A DNA stretch of 64,000 bases, taken from Escherichia coli (GTDB lineage Bacteria > Pseudomonadota > Gammaproteobacteria > Enterobacterales > Enterobacteriaceae). Position 1 is the first letter of the stretch; the number at the start of each line of letters is the position of its first letter. The stretch is taken from assembly GCF_051903065.1 (NCBI RefSeq), contig NZ_CP178438.1. One strand, written 5' to 3'. The position numbers were made by a program, and so were the translations under genes. This document shows, piece by piece, positions 10,313 through 20,140 of this stretch. The notes beneath the pieces are model-generated. The model saw only the letters and a list, made by a program, of their open reading frames with translations. It was not told the origin of the DNA and ran no database searches.

Positions 10313-10800
10313 AACTGGCCCTGACGCTGGAAGCCGACAGCATTAACGTGCAGGCACTGAACATGGGGCGCATTGTCGTTGACGTCGATGGTGTTACTCT
10401 CGCTGAACTGATTAACGTGGTCTGCGATAACGGTTACTCCCTTCGTGTTGTTGATGAATCTGACCGGACATCAGCAGAGCGCACGCCATCATCTGCGGCG
10501 GCCCTTACCGGCATACGCTGCAGTACCGCGCATATCACGGCAAAGGACAACGCCTGGCTGTACTCGCTGTCACATCAGACGAATGGCACCGGCGAATCAG
10601 AATGGATTCATTTCACAGGTAGCGGATATCTGTTACGTACCGATGCGTGGTCATACCCGGTTCTGCGGCTTAAGCGCCTGGGCCTGTCAAAAACGTTCCG
10701 TCGTCTGGTTGTCACACTTACCCGACGTTATGGCGTCAGTCTCATTCATCTGGATGCCAGCGCTGAATGTCTGCCGGACCTGCCCACTTTCGACTGGTAA
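10309..10800 (+). CDS. YeeW-like protein
   Basis: 163 aa ORF whose start overlaps the cbtA stop; conserved position after cbtA. Confidence 0.65.
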   Translation: MKLALTLEADSINVQALNMGRIVVDVDGVTLAELINVVCDNGYSLRVVDESDRTSAERTPSSAAALTGIRCSTAHITAKDNAWLYSLSHQTNGTGESEWIHFTGSGYLLRTDAWSYPVLRLKRLGLSKTFRRLVVTLTRRYGVSLIHLDASAECLPDLPTFDW

Positions 10801-10811
10801 CCAGGAACAAC

Positions 10812-11009
10812 ATGAAATCATTAACCACGGAAACCGCACTGGATATTCTGATTGCGTGGCTACAGGACAATATCGACTGCGAATCGGGAATTATCTTTGA
10901 CAACGATGAGGATAGAACGGATTCGGCAGCACTGTTGCCCTGTATCGAACAGGCCAGGGAGGATATCCGTATCCTGCGCCAGTTGCAGCTTCTGCAACAG
11001 AACCGGTGA
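10812..11009 (+). CDS. Small hypothetical protein
   Basis: 65 aa from ATG 10812 (MKSLTTETALD...); followed by a hairpin plus T-tract terminator. Confidence 0.4.
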   Translation: MKSLTTETALDILIAWLQDNIDCESGIIFDNDEDRTDSAALLPCIEQAREDIRILRQLQLLQQNR

Positions 11010-11038
11010 GTCTTACTCACCAGACTTCATTCCACTGA

Positions 11039-11066
11039 CGCCAGCCTGAACAGGGCTGGCGTTTTC
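11039..11066 (+). terminator. Rho-independent terminator
   Basis: CGCCAGCC-TGAACAG-GGCTGGCG stem-loop followed by TTTTC. Confidence 0.65.
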
Positions 11067-11093
11067 ATTTATCTGCAAAAAGGAATATCGATT

Positions 11094-11960
11094 ATGTCTG
11101 AAATCACAGCCCCCCGTCCGGAAGTGGTCAACGGGCATACGGACGTTATCGGCTCAACCAGCATCCGCCACATTCTGGCTGTACGAAAGAGTGCGCTGCT
11201 GCAAATCGACACACTTATCCGGCAACTGGCAGAAATCTCGGTGCTGACGGAAAGCATCGGAGGTAAAACTGCACTGGACTGGGCCATGAAACAGGATTTT
11301 CGCTGCGGTTGCTGGCTGATGGAAAAACCGGAAACCGCAATGAAAGCCATCACCCGCAACCTTGACCGCGAAATCTGGCGTGATCTGATGCAACGTTCAG
11401 GGATGCTGTCATTAATGGATGCACAAGCCCGTGATACATGGTACCGGTCACTGGAGTACGATAATTTTCCGGAAATCAGCGAAGCAAATATCCTGAGCAC
11501 GTTTGAACAACTGCACCAGAACAAAGATGAAGTGTTTGAGCGAGGGGTGCTCAACGTTTTCAGAGGACTGAGCTGGAATTACAAAACCAATTCACCCTGC
11601 AAATTTGGCAGTAAAATTATCGTCAACAATCTGGTGAGGTGGGACCGGTGGGGGTTTCATCTTATCACCGGACAACAGGCCGATCGACTTGCCGATCTGG
11701 AAAGAATGCTGCACCTGTTCAGCGGCAAACCGATCCCCGACAACCGGGAAAACATCACCATTCATCTGGATGATCACATCCAGTCTGTTCAGGGTAAAGA
11801 GGACTATGAAGATGAGATGTTCAGCATCAGATACTTTAAGAAGGGCTCCGCGCACATCACGTTCAGGAAACCAGAGCTGGTTGACAGGCTTAATGATATT
11901 ATTGCCAGACACTACCCGGAAGCCCTGGCAAGCACAGTGAACAAAAGCCGCAAGGCATAA
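11094..11960 (+). CDS. Hypothetical protein (conserved island cargo)
   Basis: 288 aa uninterrupted ORF with AAAGGAA ribosome-binding site upstream; no catalytic motif recognised. Confidence 0.6.
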   Translation: MSEITAPRPEVVNGHTDVIGSTSIRHILAVRKSALLQIDTLIRQLAEISVLTESIGGKTALDWAMKQDFRCGCWLMEKPETAMKAITRNLDREIWRDLMQRSGMLSLMDAQARDTWYRSLEYDNFPEISEANILSTFEQLHQNKDEVFERGVLNVFRGLSWNYKTNSPCKFGSKIIVNNLVRWDRWGFHLITGQQADRLADLERMLHLFSGKPIPDNRENITIHLDDHIQSVQGKEDYEDEMFSIRYFKKGSAHITFRKPELVDRLNDIIARHYPEALASTVNKSRKA

Positions 11961-12031
11961 AAGAGGTATTTTACAATTCGCGAATATTAACTATTATTAA
12001 TTGATAGTAATCAATCGGCGAGAAAATAACC

Positions 12032-12295
12032 ATGCCTACCAGTGTATCCCTCAGTCCTTACTTTGAAACGTTTATCCGCGAACAAATAGAAAGTGGTCGG
12101 TACAACAATACAAGTGAAGTCATTCGTGCCGGACTTCGTGCTCTGGAAGAACGGGAACAGCAGATAAAGCTTGAATCACTCCAGAGCGCCGTGGCCGCAG
12201 GCATCAACAGCGGTGAAAGTAAAAGTGCTGAAGAGGTATTCGGGCGACTGACGCACAAATACAAAAAGATGGCAGAAGGTGAACAGCCAATATGA
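12032..12295 (+). CDS. parD: ParD-family type II antitoxin (RHH)
   Basis: 87 aa; start overlaps ParE by ATGA; motif SEVIRAGLRALEEREQ typical of ParD/COG3609. Confidence 0.8.
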   Translation: MPTSVSLSPYFETFIREQIESGRYNNTSEVIRAGLRALEEREQQIKLESLQSAVAAGINSGESKSAEEVFGRLTHKYKKMAEGEQPI

Positions 12296-12618
12296 AACTG
12301 ACTGTTTCACCATTAGCAGAACACGATCTTGAAGCTATAGGTGACTGGATCGCTCAGGATAATCCTGTCCGTGCAATCAGTTTTACCGAAGAGCTTTACC
12401 AACAATGTCTGTTGATAGCCGAATCGCCAGTACTCTACAGAGAAAGACCCGAGTTAGGGGCTGGGATCAGAGGTTGTTCGTATGGTCGTTACCTTCTGCT
12501 GTTCAGGGTACTGGATACTGAAGTTCGTATCGAACGTATCGTTCATGGTTCCCGGGATATCAACAGGGTACTTGCAGAGCCAGACGACAAACCATCAGAT
12601 CATTTCTGGCAGCCATAA
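12292..12618 (+). CDS. parE: ParE/RelE-family type II toxin
   Basis: 108 aa; 4-bp overlap with the upstream antitoxin; RelE/ParE-like size and context. Confidence 0.8.
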   Translation: MKLTVSPLAEHDLEAIGDWIAQDNPVRAISFTEELYQQCLLIAESPVLYRERPELGAGIRGCSYGRYLLLFRVLDTEVRIERIVHGSRDINRVLAEPDDKPSDHFWQP

Positions 12619-12895
12619 ACAAAATCTGTGCGTTAACGCTCCCTAACACAGGTAGCCAGGTATTTTATAAATCTCTGTATTTTGTTGTCACTTCGATTCC
12701 GCGATTCAGCATATCGAACCAGACAAAATGATTACAACAAACCACAAGAAAGAGGGATTATAGCGTCAAAAGAATTCGAATTGCACATGGGGGCCTCATT
12801 GGTGGCCTCAAAAAGAACAAGGATAAAACAGTCGATACAAAACAATTGGTTATATAACCAGTTTCATTCCGAGTCCGGGCACCACTATTCATAAG

Positions 12896-12920
12896 GCCTC
12901 GCTGCAAAGCGGGGCTTTTT
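12896..12920 (+). terminator. Rho-independent terminator
   Basis: GCCTCGC-TGCAAA-GCGGGGC hairpin (one G-U pair) followed by TTTTT. Confidence 0.5.
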
Positions 12921-13244
12921 CACTTTCTGGCTACGGTAGATTTCTGGCCATTGCAAAGCATTATCTATTGGCTGGTTTTTTTCGCCTTTTCACGGATGTT
13001 CGTGACGTTTATACACCTCAGTACCCTCTGATATACCTTCTCTCTGCTGCCTGAAAACAAGAAATTCAATAGGTTAATAATTTATGCGTTTGTCCATCTA
13101 AAGGCGACAGTTGCCACAGTATCTAAACTGACTGATGCAAAGTCCCTCTACCCGGTAAGGTATCAGGACCATCAACGCAGACTTTTCGCAACAACCACTA
13201 CCAAAATACCGCGTAAATAACCTTCCAGAACAAGCATGACTTTT

Positions 13245-13928
13245 TTAACTCTCTTTTCCCCACCTGAGAAGCACCTCTTCCGCAATCCCCACAGGCAAAA
13301 ACTCCTGCTCCAGACGACCACGCGGTAAACGGGTTAAGTAGCGATAAAAATCGGCCTCCTCGTTAAGCAAGCCATCAGGTACAGCTTCCTTCGCTATGAC
13401 CGGTTCTGGAACGGCGCTATGACTGGCATACTGCTCAAACAACTCACGGTTCATGAGCAGGGCATCAAGCGTCGGACGACAACGCCTGGCTCTCGCCAGC
13501 ATCAGTAGTCCCCAGCTATCCATGTCCCCCCAATAGGCAACGCGTTTTTCATCCAGAACAGAACTGGATAGCCATTGCACGTCCAGGCCACAGCCTAAAA
13601 TCGCGATAGTGTCAGATAATGCTGGAAGATGATGCAAACACTGCTCATTTTCAACCACCAGCACTTGCGACGCGGGTAATGTTGTTTCCGCCAGTTCCGC
13701 CGTTGTTACCCGGCATTTTTTAAAAGGAAGCAAGCCGGGTGATAATGGTACAACTAAAACCCAGTGACTGGACTCATCAAAAGCATCAAGAAAAGTTGTT
13801 AATCCCTGCTCGCTGGCTTCTCCTGAAAATCGCACGTCCAACTGACCATAGTGTTGTTCCACAAACGTAATTTCGGCAACCGTCCACTGTGCCCAGTGAT
13901 TACGGTAATGCTGCGTTTTATCCACCAT
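13245..13928 (-). CDS. Toprim-like (Topo VI-A/Spo11/JetD C-terminal-type) domain protein, standalone
   Basis: 227 aa; motifs VLVVENEQCLHHL and YWGDMDSWGLLML resemble the Toprim glutamate and DxD signatures of DUF2220/JetD; family assignment from recall only. Confidence 0.5.
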   Translation of the reverse strand: MVDKTQHYRNHWAQWTVAEITFVEQHYGQLDVRFSGEASEQGLTTFLDAFDESSHWVLVVPLSPGLLPFKKCRVTTAELAETTLPASQVLVVENEQCLHHLPALSDTIAILGCGLDVQWLSSSVLDEKRVAYWGDMDSWGLLMLARARRCRPTLDALLMNRELFEQYASHSAVPEPVIAKEAVPDGLLNEEADFYRYLTRLPRGRLEQEFLPVGIAEEVLLRWGKES

Positions 13929-13945
13929 GTCAGACCTCCCGGGTA

Positions 13946-15400
13946 TCAGTCTCGTTGTTTTTCCTGCGCCAGCGTAAAGATTTGAGCCCGGAGTTGTTGT
14001 TCAGCCTGCAGGACCGCCTGCTGACGCTGCAGTGAGACTTCAGGGAGCAACTTCAACTGCCGAAGCTGCTCTTCTACCGGTACGGTCTGCCGGAAGCTTG
14101 TCAGCATGCCAAAGACCTGCGATTTAAGCTCACTGACGGTAATGTATTTTCCTCTCTGACCATCAAGCGCATTCAGTTTATGGGCAAGTGCCTGAAGCTG
14201 TGTCATTCCTTCATGCCAGCCATTCATTGTATCGACAGGAAGTACTGAGACATTAACCTGTTGCTGCCACTGCTGTGTCAGAGGCTTAGCCTGCTCCGGC
14301 CACAACGACTGAGCTTGTTCTGTAAGTTTTCTGGCATAAGTGATATTCCAGTCAGGAGGTGATTTATCCAGTCGGGCCAGCTGCTGCTGTGTCTGTGCAA
14401 TAAGATCCTGCGGTAACGGAGTCTGCTGACGCAACATCCGCAGCTGTTCAGACGTGAGAGGTGCAGGGAACGGAGCCAGTGAAGCAGCTAGCTGATTCTG
14501 TAGAGGGTCTGGCCGGTGAATAAAATGCCAGCTCCACACTGAAACTATGCTTATCACCAACATGGTACACATCCCGGCGGCAAAGGATTTCCACTTTTTA
14601 ACCGGAACAGGCATTGTCGACAGCACTTCCACATTCGGCTGCGACTGCGGTTCCCGTTGAGCAACGTAAACCCACTGTACTGCACTCCCTGGCGTATCTT
14701 CATTCGGTCCACCAGAAAAGTCTCTCGTGGATGCTATCGCATCATTTGTCACGGTGGCAGGCAACCCGATACCAGGCTGAATGCTCGAGCCGGTACTGGT
14801 TATGCCATTGCTGTTTTCCAGCCGGGCAGCACTATTGTGCATCAGGATACGCAATGTATCGAGTTGGCTGAGATGTTTTAGCTCCAGGCGCTGTAGTACC
14901 TCTCCAAGGCCTGTAAGCAGTTGCTCCACCCGGTACAGCTGGTTGATGTCGCTGTAATTTAACGGGAGCGATCGCATTCGTTGCTGCAGGCGCTGACTCA
15001 GGCTGCTGAGGATTTCCATGCGGGCATGAACTGGATGCGGCCACAGAGTCCCCCACTGATGGCTTATCAGTGCCTCGAGTATCGCCAGCCCTTCATTGAG
15101 CCCGAATAAGCCAGCCAGCTGCGTACGCGCAAGCGTATACCAGGCTGCCGTTTGCAACTCCACGCCGTTCTGCTCAAACAGTGAGAGACAAAGTTTTTCG
15201 ACATACTGCCAGCTCACATCCGGGCGAGCCGGATGTGTTAGCTTACTCAGTTCATCACGCAGGGCGGCATAATCCGGTAGCATGCGCGGGTCGCCGCCGG
15301 TTTTTAATTTACGCTTGGGGATATCATTCATGGTCAGTTGTCCATTAGACGTACCAGGGGCTATTAAAGGGTATTGTTTATGCGGCTTCACTTTCTGCAT
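13946..15400 (-). CDS. ImpA_N-domain, membrane-anchored type VI secretion accessory protein (VasL/TagA-like)
   Basis: N-terminal GGDPRMLPDYAALRDEL...DVSWQYVEKL...LQTAAWYTLAR...GLNEGLAILEALISHQWGTLWP matches the ImpA_N signature; one predicted transmembrane helix (FAAGMCTMLVISIVSVWSW); start may be the internal ATG at 15331. Confidence 0.7.
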   Translation of the reverse strand: MQKVKPHKQYPLIAPGTSNGQLTMNDIPKRKLKTGGDPRMLPDYAALRDELSKLTHPARPDVSWQYVEKLCLSLFEQNGVELQTAAWYTLARTQLAGLFGLNEGLAILEALISHQWGTLWPHPVHARMEILSSLSQRLQQRMRSLPLNYSDINQLYRVEQLLTGLGEVLQRLELKHLSQLDTLRILMHNSAARLENSNGITSTGSSIQPGIGLPATVTNDAIASTRDFSGGPNEDTPGSAVQWVYVAQREPQSQPNVEVLSTMPVPVKKWKSFAAGMCTMLVISIVSVWSWHFIHRPDPLQNQLAASLAPFPAPLTSEQLRMLRQQTPLPQDLIAQTQQQLARLDKSPPDWNITYARKLTEQAQSLWPEQAKPLTQQWQQQVNVSVLPVDTMNGWHEGMTQLQALAHKLNALDGQRGKYITVSELKSQVFGMLTSFRQTVPVEEQLRQLKLLPEVSLQRQQAVLQAEQQLRAQIFTLAQEKQRD

Positions 15401-15995
15401 ATTCGAGACTCTGCAGATACTTTAGCGCCAGCGGGTCAGCAATATATTCAACCTGCCCGTGGTGACGCTCCACCTCATCGATTATCCGGCTGAGTTCACC
15501 CCGGAAAAACTTCTTATGCAGGTTGATTCGGTTAATCCGGTAGCTTTCCAGAGGGTCATGTAGTGTCTTTTCAAGCGCAGGAGCGTCATCGCTGGAAATC
15601 ATGGCGTGTGCGTCAAAATCAAACAGCACGGCTGCCCCGCTCAGTTCTTTCACGCGCTCCATAGGCTCCAGCCGTCGGGCCATGCCGATTTTGAAGACGT
15701 TTTCACCGAAGGAGCCGATATTAGAAATTACATACACATGTCCCTGCTTCGTGAACTGGGCCATAGATTTGGCGCGTTCATACTGCTGATGAACGTCCTG
15801 TATTTTCCGCTCCAGCTCCAGACGCTGTCTTTCCAGTTCATCCCTGTGAGCACCTTCTACGGCGAGCAGGGCTTCTTCCAGGAATACCGGTACACATTTT
15901 ACCGACCGGTCGTCGATACGAAGAACGAGTGCGCCAATATCAAATACTCCCCACTCAACCAGCAGGTCCGTAACGGATGTACTGATCAGTGTCAA
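15378..15995 (-). CDS. T5orf172 (GIY-YIG-like) domain protein with N-terminal coiled coil
   Basis: GHVYVISN...FKIGMARRLEPMERVKEL...LEKTLHDPL...INLHKKFFRGEL matches the T5orf172/Mug113 pattern; overlaps tssE by 41 bp and the VasL ORF by 23 bp, so the start is uncertain. Confidence 0.55.
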   Translation of the reverse strand: MTLISTSVTDLLVEWGVFDIGALVLRIDDRSVKCVPVFLEEALLAVEGAHRDELERQRLELERKIQDVHQQYERAKSMAQFTKQGHVYVISNIGSFGENVFKIGMARRLEPMERVKELSGAAVLFDFDAHAMISSDDAPALEKTLHDPLESYRINRINLHKKFFRGELSRIIDEVERHHGQVEYIADPLALKYLQSLEYAESEAA

Positions 15996-16425
15996 GATAC
16001 TGCTGTTGCTTCAGGTGTCTCAGCATCACTCGTCCCTCGGGCATAAACTCGGTGCCGTAACGCACGAGGCCAATCCCCTTAAGCTCAGCATCAATGGCAT
16101 AACGAAGCTCGCCGGGGACGCTCTGCTCCAGCAGGATGACAGTAATTTTTTTCAGGCGCGGTTCGTATTTGAGCAGGACGGCAGACAATGTGCCCATCAG
16201 CTCATGGGCCGTTCCCGGCATGCCCTGGAGAACTCTGGTCATATCCGGCAGGCCATAGTCCGGCAGATGCGCCAGCGTGCCGGCACGGCAGTTGAGGATA
16301 CGCTGCATATTGTCGAGTACGGACAAAATGACCTGGTTCTGCTCGCTGACCTGGTGCAGGTCGAGGCCGCCGGTGAAGTTGCCATAAAGAGTTTCATACA
16401 ATGAAGGACGGGATGACTCACTCAT
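15955..16425 (-). CDS. tssE: Type VI secretion baseplate subunit TssE (gp25-like)
   Basis: 156 aa; motifs SLYETL, LDNMQRILNCRAGTLAHLPDYGLPD, LKYEPRL typical of the TssE/GPW-gp25 family. Confidence 0.75.
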   Translation of the reverse strand: MSESSRPSLYETLYGNFTGGLDLHQVSEQNQVILSVLDNMQRILNCRAGTLAHLPDYGLPDMTRVLQGMPGTAHELMGTLSAVLLKYEPRLKKITVILLEQSVPGELRYAIDAELKGIGLVRYGTEFMPEGRVMLRHLKQQQYLDTDQYIRYGPAG

Positions 16426-16960
16426 CTTTCAGCGCCTTCAGGGTCAGGCGGTTGTTACCGGCCTCAATCACCCGGGCTTTATCCGGATCAAGGTCATCAC
16501 GGCTCAGCACCACCCGCCAGGTGTTGTTCACCTGGTCTGGCGACATAAACATGCCAGCCACTGCGACATACTGCGCATTTTCATCCATCGGCATATCCAC
16601 CATCACCGCCCCACCCGGCTGCAGGCGGATGTCTTTCTCAGCTACCAGGTCTGCTTTAATGGCCTGACTGTCCGCCCTGAACAGTGACGGGTAGTCCGTC
16701 GTGTCAAAGGTTTTGCGGTCTTTAAGCTGGTAAATACGCACCACCGTCGACAATGCCACGCCGCCTGCATTGCTGTTCACTGCCTCACGGGCCCGAATAT
16801 CCAGATGCAGAGTTTTTATCTGCTTATAAAAAATCGATTTGGTCACAGCAACGGTGCCGTCTGTCACTTTTTGCGTCAGCCCACAGCCCGCCAGCATCAA
16901 GGTGATACCCGCGGCCAGCGCAGCCAGAGGAAATTTACCAGCGGTAATCGCCATCTTCAT
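16418..16960 (-). CDS. tssJ: Type VI secretion lipoprotein TssJ (SciN/VasD-like)
   Basis: Start MKMAITAG with lipobox LAGC; VVRIYQLKD...LQPGG...AVAGMF pattern of the TssJ family; ATG at 16960 checked on the sequence. Confidence 0.75.
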   Translation of the reverse strand: MKMAITAGKFPLAALAAGITLMLAGCGLTQKVTDGTVAVTKSIFYKQIKTLHLDIRAREAVNSNAGGVALSTVVRIYQLKDRKTFDTTDYPSLFRADSQAIKADLVAEKDIRLQPGGAVMVDMPMDENAQYVAVAGMFMSPDQVNNTWRVVLSRDDLDPDKARVIEAGNNRLTLKALKDE

Positions 16961-17580
16961 CGGTCTCCCTGCGGTGAATATTTTCCTGTACCCGCTCATA
17001 GCGGCCCAGATTAATGGTGATTGTTTTTGGGTGTGATGCGGTCCTGGCCGCATTCAGCGGTCGCATCACGGCAGTGCGGCCCAGTTGCACCGCCCCTGCG
17101 TTGGGTTTACTGCTCATGGTCGCGTCAGGAAGCAGACTGCGATCGACACACAGCTGTAGCCGCACATCCAGGCGAGACCCAAGATACACGTGCAGGAGCG
17201 CCATCAGGTCCGCGTGAAGCTCCCCGCCCGATAACCAGCCCTGCACTTCTGCCGGGTCAGTGGTGGTCAGGCGCATCAGCACCTGGCTGTTCACGTCGGC
17301 GGCATAGTTGCCCATCACCGGTCGGTTTGTCAGGGTGACGGGCTGGCTAACGCTCATGGTCAATGGCTTCTTCAGCGGCACACGGCGTTTGTCGTGGTGC
17401 CAGATTTTCGCCTGCGTGTTGGGTGCCAGCAGGCGCACCAGCGAGGCCATGCCTTCTGCGGTACGCCCCGGCAGTAACATGACCGGCAGCAGTGCCAGAA
17501 AGCGCGAAGCCGGGGTCGCGATACTGTCCGTGCAGCCGTTAATCCCGAGCCCGGCCAGTCCCAGCAGGTACTGCGAGGTT
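16935..17580 (-). pseudogene. C-terminal fragment of a type VI secretion-associated gene, truncated by IS1
   Basis: The reading frame runs without a native start into the IS1 end at 17581; identity (TssG or other) not resolved. Confidence 0.5.
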
Positions 17581-17595
17581 GGTAATGACTCCAAC

Positions 17596-18099
17596 TTATT
17601 GATAGTGTTTTATGTTCAGATAATGCCCGATGACTTTGTCATGCAGCTCCACCGATTTTGAGAACGACAGCGACTTCCGTCCCAGCCGTGCCAGGTGCTG
17701 CCTCAGATTCAGGTTATGCCGCTCAATTCGCTGCGTATATCGCTTGCTGATTACGTGCAGCTTTCCCTTCAGGCGGGATTCATACAGCGGCCAGCCATCC
17801 GTCATCCATATCACCACGTCAAAGGGTGACAGCAGGCTCATAAGACGCCCCAGCGTCGCCATAGTGCGTTCACCGAATACGTGCGCAACAACCGTCTTCC
17901 GGAGCCTGTCATACGCGTAAAACAGCCAGCGCTGGCGCGATTTAGCCCCGACATAGCCCCACTGTTCGTCCATTTCCGCGCAGACGATGACGTCACTGCC
18001 CGGCTGTATGCGCGAGGTTACCGACTGCGGCCTGAGTTTTTTAAGTGACGTAAAATCGTGTTGAGGCCAACGCCCATAATGCGGGCTGTTGCCCGGCAT
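17596..18099 (-). CDS. insB: IS1 InsB
   Basis: 167 aa matching recalled IS1 InsB. Confidence 0.9.
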
Positions 18100-18293
18100 C
18101 CAACGCCATTCATGGCCATATCAATGATTTTCTGGTGCGTACCGGGTTGAGAAGCGGTGTAAGTGAACTGCAGTTGCCATGTTTTACGGCAGTGAGAGCA
18201 GAGATAGCGCTGATGTCCGGCGGTGCTTTTGCCGTTACGCACCACCCCGTCAGTAGCTGAACAGGAGGGACAGCTGATAGAAACAGAAGCCAC
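18018..18293 (-). CDS. insA: IS1 InsA
   Basis: 91 aa [43 protein letters not shown]... matches IS1 InsA. Confidence 0.9.
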
Positions 18294-18457
18294 TGGAGCA
18301 CCTCAAAAACACCATCATACACTAAATCAGTAAGTTGGCAGCATCACCAACGGAGACTATGTATTAAGAAGCCAATCGTAAAAACGGTTCCCTGGCGAGA
18401 TAAACGACAAACAAATGGAAAGCCGGATGATATTTACCTTCATCCGGCATTATTGAC

Positions 18458-20140
18458 TTACGAAACTAACATCCCGGTAAACACATACGCCTGCAACAGC
18501 GTGATAATGCCGATAACGCTGGCAAAAATCAGACTGTGCTTCACGGTGTAGCGGAACAGTTCAGATTCTCGGCCCACCATGCCCGTCGCGGCGCAGGCCA
18601 CGGCGATAGATTGCGGGGAGATCATCTTGCCAGTTACGCCGCCGCTGGTATTTGCTGCCACCAGCAGAGTGTCAGAGACGTTGATTTGCTGCGCCGTGGT
18701 CGATTGCAGTGAACCAAACAGGGCGTTAGAGGAGGTGTCCGAGCCGGTAAGGAATACGCCCAGCCAGCCGAGAAACGGTGAGAAGAACGGGAACATCACG
18801 CCTGTACCTGCCAGTACCAGCGCCAGCGTGGTGGACATGCCGGAATAGTTGGTGACGAAAGCGAACGCCAGCACCATGCCAATCGACAATATCGGCCACT
18901 TCAGACTAATTAGCGTTTCGGCAAAGACGCCAATCCCTTTCTTGATGCCCACGCCGAGGATGAAGATAGAGATAATCGCCGCAATAAAAATAGCGGTGCC
19001 GCCAGCCGAGAGGGGGTCGAATTTAAACACCGCATCCATCGGCGTTGGTTGGGCGACAATGGGTGCCGCTTTCAACACTTGTTGATGCAAATGAGGGATC
19101 TGGAAATTAATCACCAGTGAATAAAACGCGCCGCCCGGAGCAAATAACGCTTTAAACGGCTTCATGGTCCAGATGGTGACCAGCACCGTTAAGATTAAAA
19201 ACGGTGACCACGCTCGAATGATTTGCCCCAGACTATATTCTGAAGGCACGGGACCGCCAGAAGATGGCTTATTTACCACCATCGCACCTGCGGATTGTCC
19301 CATGCTGATTGCCGTTTCGGTATTTTTCGGCCGCCAGACTTTAAGGAATAAAGCGAGTGAGACGATACTCACCAGCGCCGAAGTAATATCCGGCAGTTCC
19401 GGACCAATATAATTAGAGGTAAAGAACTGAGTGACAGCGAAGCTTCCCCCAGCAACCAGCGCCGCTGGCCACGTCTCTTTCACCCCTTTCCAGCCGTCCA
19501 TCATTGCTACCAGCCAGAACGGCACAAGAACCGACAGGAACGGTAACTGACGTCCCGCCATTGCGCCAATGTGGAACGGATCGATTCCCGTTACCTGACC
19601 GGCGACCAGAATCGGCACGCCCAACGCACCAAACGCCACCGGCGCAGTATTGGCAATCAGACACAGCCCTGCCGCGTATAAAGGTTTGAAGCCCAGGCCC
19701 ACCAGCAGAGCACCAGTAATCGCCACCGGAGCACCAAAGCCAGCCGCCCCTTCCAGCAGCGCGCCAAAGGAGAAACCAATCAGTAACACCTGCAAACGCT
19801 GATCGTCAGTGATGGAGATGACCGAGCTGCGGATAATATCAAACTGACCGCTGGCAACGGTTAATTTATAGAGGAATACCGCTGCAACAATAATCCAGGC
19901 AATAGGCCATAAACCATAAATAAAGCCATAGCCCGCAGCAGCAAATGCCATATCAATCGGCATTTTAAAGGCGAATATCGCAATCAGGATAGATAATATA
20001 AGGGTTATCGCTCCAGCGACATGTCCTTTCAGACGTAATACCGCGAGTGCAACGAAGAAGAATATTATCGGGATCAGGGCGACCAGAGCGGATAGCCCCA
20101 GTCCTCCCATCGGCATATACATTTGGGTCCAGGTAACCAT
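18458..20140 (-). CDS. glcA: Glycolate/lactate permease GlcA (LctP family)
   Basis: 560 aa polytopic membrane protein; position downstream of glcB. Confidence 0.85.
   Translation of the reverse strand: MVTWTQMYMPMGGLGLSALVALIPIIFFFVALAVLRLKGHVAGAITLILSILIAIFAFKMPIDMAFAAAGYGFIYGLWPIAWIIVAAVFLYKLTVASGQFDIIRSSVISITDDQRLQVLLIGFSFGALLEGAAGFGAPVAITGALLVGLGFKPLYAAGLCLIANTAPVAFGALGVPILVAGQVTGIDPFHIGAMAGRQLPFLSVLVPFWLVAMMDGWKGVKETWPAALVAGGSFAVTQFFTSNYIGPELPDITSALVSIVSLALFLKVWRPKNTETAISMGQSAGAMVVNKPSSGGPVPSEYSLGQIIRAWSPFLILTVLVTIWTMKPFKALFAPGGAFYSLVINFQIPHLHQQVLKAAPIVAQPTPMDAVFKFDPLSAGGTAIFIAAIISIFILGVGIKKGIGVFAETLISLKWPILSIGMVLAFAFVTNYSGMSTTLALVLAGTGVMFPFFSPFLGWLGVFLTGSDTSSNALFGSLQSTTAQQINVSDTLLVAANTSGGVTGKMISPQSIAVACAATGMVGRESELFRYTVKHSLIFASVIGIITLLQAYVFTGMLVS

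Larger units (their letters stand above)
17581..18348 (-). mobile_element. IS1 insertion sequence (768 bp)
   Basis: Ends GGTAATGACTCCAACTTATTGATAGTG ... and ... CAGTAAGTTGGCAGCATCACC recognised as IS1 terminal repeats; contains insA and insB. Confidence 0.9.

Noticed and set aside
12682-12894. 70-aa ORF downstream of parE
   Set aside because: No ribosome-binding site or conservation recognised; may instead be a 3' UTR or small RNA ending at the terminator at about 12896-12920.
16935-17594. 219-aa ORF read as an intact gene
   Set aside because: Its start codon lies inside IS1; only the part up to 17580 is native sequence, so it is annotated as a truncated fragment.
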